NCBI GenBank assembly: GCA_045602185.1 | Contig: JAZSBB010000061.1 | Location: 1-43,670 of the forward strand | From: Eubacteriales bacterium | GTDB lineage: Bacteria > Bacillota > Clostridia > Oscillospirales > CAG-272 | Direction: 5' to 3' | Length of the DNA stretch: 43,670 bases | Part shown: one piece after another, positions 42,120-43,670 of the stretch | Numbering within the stretch: position 1 is the first letter of the stretch | Layout of the letters: every line of letters starts with the position of its first letter | The notes under the pieces: model-generated | Databases searched by the model: none | What the model saw: only the letters and a program-made list of their open reading frames with translations | Told to the model about the DNA's origin: nothing | Position numbers and translations under genes: made by a program

Positions 42120-43670
42120 ATGGAAAACATCAGAATTCAGGACGATCTTTACACCTTCGTCAACAGGGAGAAGCTCGACGAGCTTGTTATCCCCGACGAC
42201 AAGCCTGCCGCAGGCGGCTTTTCCGAGCTTTCCGACGCTGTTGAGAAGATAATGATGGACGAGTTCGCGGCTATGGCCGAGGCGAGCTCCTACCCCAACG
42301 TATACCTTCAGCGTGCGTGCGAGCTGTACGCGCTGGCGAAGGATGCCGACAGAAAGGCCGCACACGGTATCACACCCGCGCTCCGCGCGCTGTCGCTGCT
42401 CGACGAGGTCAAGGAGCTTGGCGACTTCAGCCGCCTTTACAAGAGGCTCTCCCTCTCGGGTATTCCCACACCGATCAACATCGGCGTTGAGGGAGATATG
42501 AAGAACACGAAGCGCAACCTCGTCTACATTCAGGGTGCAGGCGTCATCCTTCCCGATGCGTCCTACTACAAGCCCGAGATGGCGGCGCAGAAGGAGCAGC
42601 TCCTCGCCCTCTGGGCAAACGTGGCGCGTACGGTAATGGCACAGACCGACCTCTCCCCCGAGGATCAGGAGATCTACGTCAACGATGCGCTCGCATTCGA
42701 TGCGATCCTCGGCGGCCTCGTAAAGACGAGCGAGGAATGGTCGAGGTACGTCGAGATGTATAACCCGATGGCAGTCGGCGAGGTGCGTGAGATGCTCTCT
42801 ACTCTCGACTTGGACGCGATTCTCACCGACCTGTTCGGCCACGTGCCCGACACCGTCGTCGTAACCGAGCCGAGATACTTCGGCGCATTTGCGAGCGTGC
42901 TTAACTCCGAGACTCTCACCCTCTACAAGCACTGGGCATACGTGACCGGCCTGCTCTCCGCGTGCAGCTACCTCTCCGAGGAGCTTCGCGACATGGGCGG
43001 TATGTATATGCGTGCGCTCACGGGCGTAGCTAAGATGCAGTCGATCGAGAAGTTCGCCTACAATCTCGCATCGGGTATGTTCTCCGAGCCTGTGGGAATC
43101 TACTACGGCGAGAAGTATTTCGGTGAGGAAGCAAAGCGCGACATCACCGAGATCGTATATCAGATCATCGACACCTACAAGGAGAGGATCAAGACCAACG
43201 ACATCCTCGGCGAGGCGACCAAGGAGAAGGCGATCCTCAAGCTCTCCACCATGGGTGTGAAGATGGGCTACCCCGACAAGGCGCGCCCCATCTACGACAA
43301 GCTTGTGTTCAATGCAGAGGACTCGCTCCTTGACATAGTGCTTTCACTTAAGGCTATAAGAGAGCTTGACTCCTACTCCAAGCTCGATCAGCCGACCGAG
43401 CCCGAGAACTGGGCGATGCCCGGCCACATGGTCAACGCCTGCTACAGCCCGTTCGTGAACGATATCACCTTCCCTGCCGCTATCCTTCAGCCGCCCTTCT
43501 ACTCCCTCTCGCAGACGAGGAGCGAGAACCTCGGCGGTATTGGCGCAGTTATCGGCCACGAGATCTCCCACGCATTTGACTCCAACGGTGCAAAGTGCGA
43601 CGAGAACGGTAATATCAACAACTGGTGGACCGAGGACGACTTCAAGAGATTTGAGGCAAAGGTAAACCGG
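42120..43670 (+). CDS. pepO: M13-family zinc metallopeptidase (PepO / neprilysin-like), 3' end outside the window
   Basis: Not in the ORF track because there is no stop codon in the window. My own translation from the ATG at 42120 (AGGAG RBS) gives MENIRIQDDLYTFVNREKLDEL... Later segments are VNACYSPFVNDITFPAAILQPPFY and the zinc motif GAVIGHEISHAFD, then NWWT. The frame stays open for 517 codons to the window end. Confidence 0.88.
   Translation, partial: MENIRIQDDLYTFVNREKLDELVIPDDKPAAGGFSELSDAVEKIMMDEFAAMAEASSYPNVYLQRACELYALAKDADRKAAHGITPALRALSLLDEVKELGDFSRLYKRLSLSGIPTPINIGVEGDMKNTKRNLVYIQGAGVILPDASYYKPEMAAQKEQLLALWANVARTVMAQTDLSPEDQEIYVNDALAFDAILGGLVKTSEEWSRYVEMYNPMAVGEVREMLSTLDLDAILTDLFGHVPDTVVVTEPRYFGAFASVLNSETLTLYKHWAYVTGLLSACSYLSEELRDMGGMYMRALTGVAKMQSIEKFAYNLASGMFSEPVGIYYGEKYFGEEAKRDITEIVYQIIDTYKERIKTNDILGEATKEKAILKLSTMGVKMGYPDKARPIYDKLVFNAEDSLLDIVLSLKAIRELDSYSKLDQPTEPENWAMPGHMVNACYSPFVNDITFPAAILQPPFYSLSQTRSENLGGIGAVIGHEISHAFDSNGAKCDENGNINNWWTEDDFKRFEAKVNR

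Noticed and set aside
41991-42932. 313-aa minus-strand ORF in the track
   Set aside because: It lies antisense to the M13 peptidase CDS. That CDS has an RBS and the HExxH zinc motif, and its frame stays open to the window end. The antisense ORF is Arg/Leu/Val/Gly-rich, as expected for a shadow frame in high-GC3 DNA.
1-43670. Searched for rRNA, tmRNA, riboswitch/T-box leaders, toxin-antitoxin pairs and known defence-system gene sets
   Set aside because: I recognised none by eye. Leaders upstream of cysK, oadB and pyk are too short for T-box or riboswitch elements. No small adjacent ORF pairs have TA-like features. Absence is by inspection only and is not a computed search.

Overview
This 43.7 kb window looks like a chromosomal segment of an anaerobic, mid/low-GC Firmicute. 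The Clostridia-like assignment is inferred from gene content: SLH and BspA-type LRR surface proteins, a bifurcating [FeFe]-hydrogenase, and Na+-decarboxylase subunits. I call 40 CDS, two complete tRNAs (Leu-GAG, Trp-CCA) and the 5' end of a third tRNA at the left edge. Several sigma-A-type promoters and rho-independent terminators are also supported. I see no rRNA, CRISPR array, IS element, integrase or prophage genes. Gene order left to right:
- SLH surface protein; 970-aa LRR protein coupled to an HPr-kinase-like P-loop protein; YbaK deacylase; a PD-(D/E)xK-like protein.
- RluA; LUD-domain protein.
- oadB, an un-tracked 59-aa OadG-like ORF, and pyruvate kinase.
- CofE-like ligase; sugar-phosphate isomerase; HD hydrolase; cysK.
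- A 10-gene hydrogenase operon (23739 to 15538, minus strand).
- Class IV aminotransferase; YfcE phosphodiesterase; GH2; CPBP protease.
- A tightly coupled DUF1846, two membrane proteins and M20 peptidase operon.
- Two paralogous ~715-aa uncharacterised proteins flanking tRNA-Leu and a GNAT gene, with a Gfo/Idh/MocA oxidoreductase and a divergent AraC regulator.
- tRNA-Trp; a P-loop protein; a GC-rich partial M13 (PepO-like) peptidase running off the right edge.
Best candidates for something not yet understood:
1. A six-gene putative sensory cassette sits inside the HydABC operon: DRTGG, RsbW-like kinase, HydS-like hydrogenase with altered H-cluster pocket, DRTGG, PHP, GHKL ATPase. Similar neighbourhoods have been noticed in surveys as far as I recall, but the mechanism is undescribed.
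2. The duplicated ~715-aa protein family with oxidoreductase and AraC regulator may be an uncharacterised catabolic module.
3. An array of eight copies of a 10-nt word, each next to a sequence-variable hairpin, lies in two opposed blocks between tRNA-Trp and the next promoter.
All functional calls come from motif recognition by eye. No database search was run.
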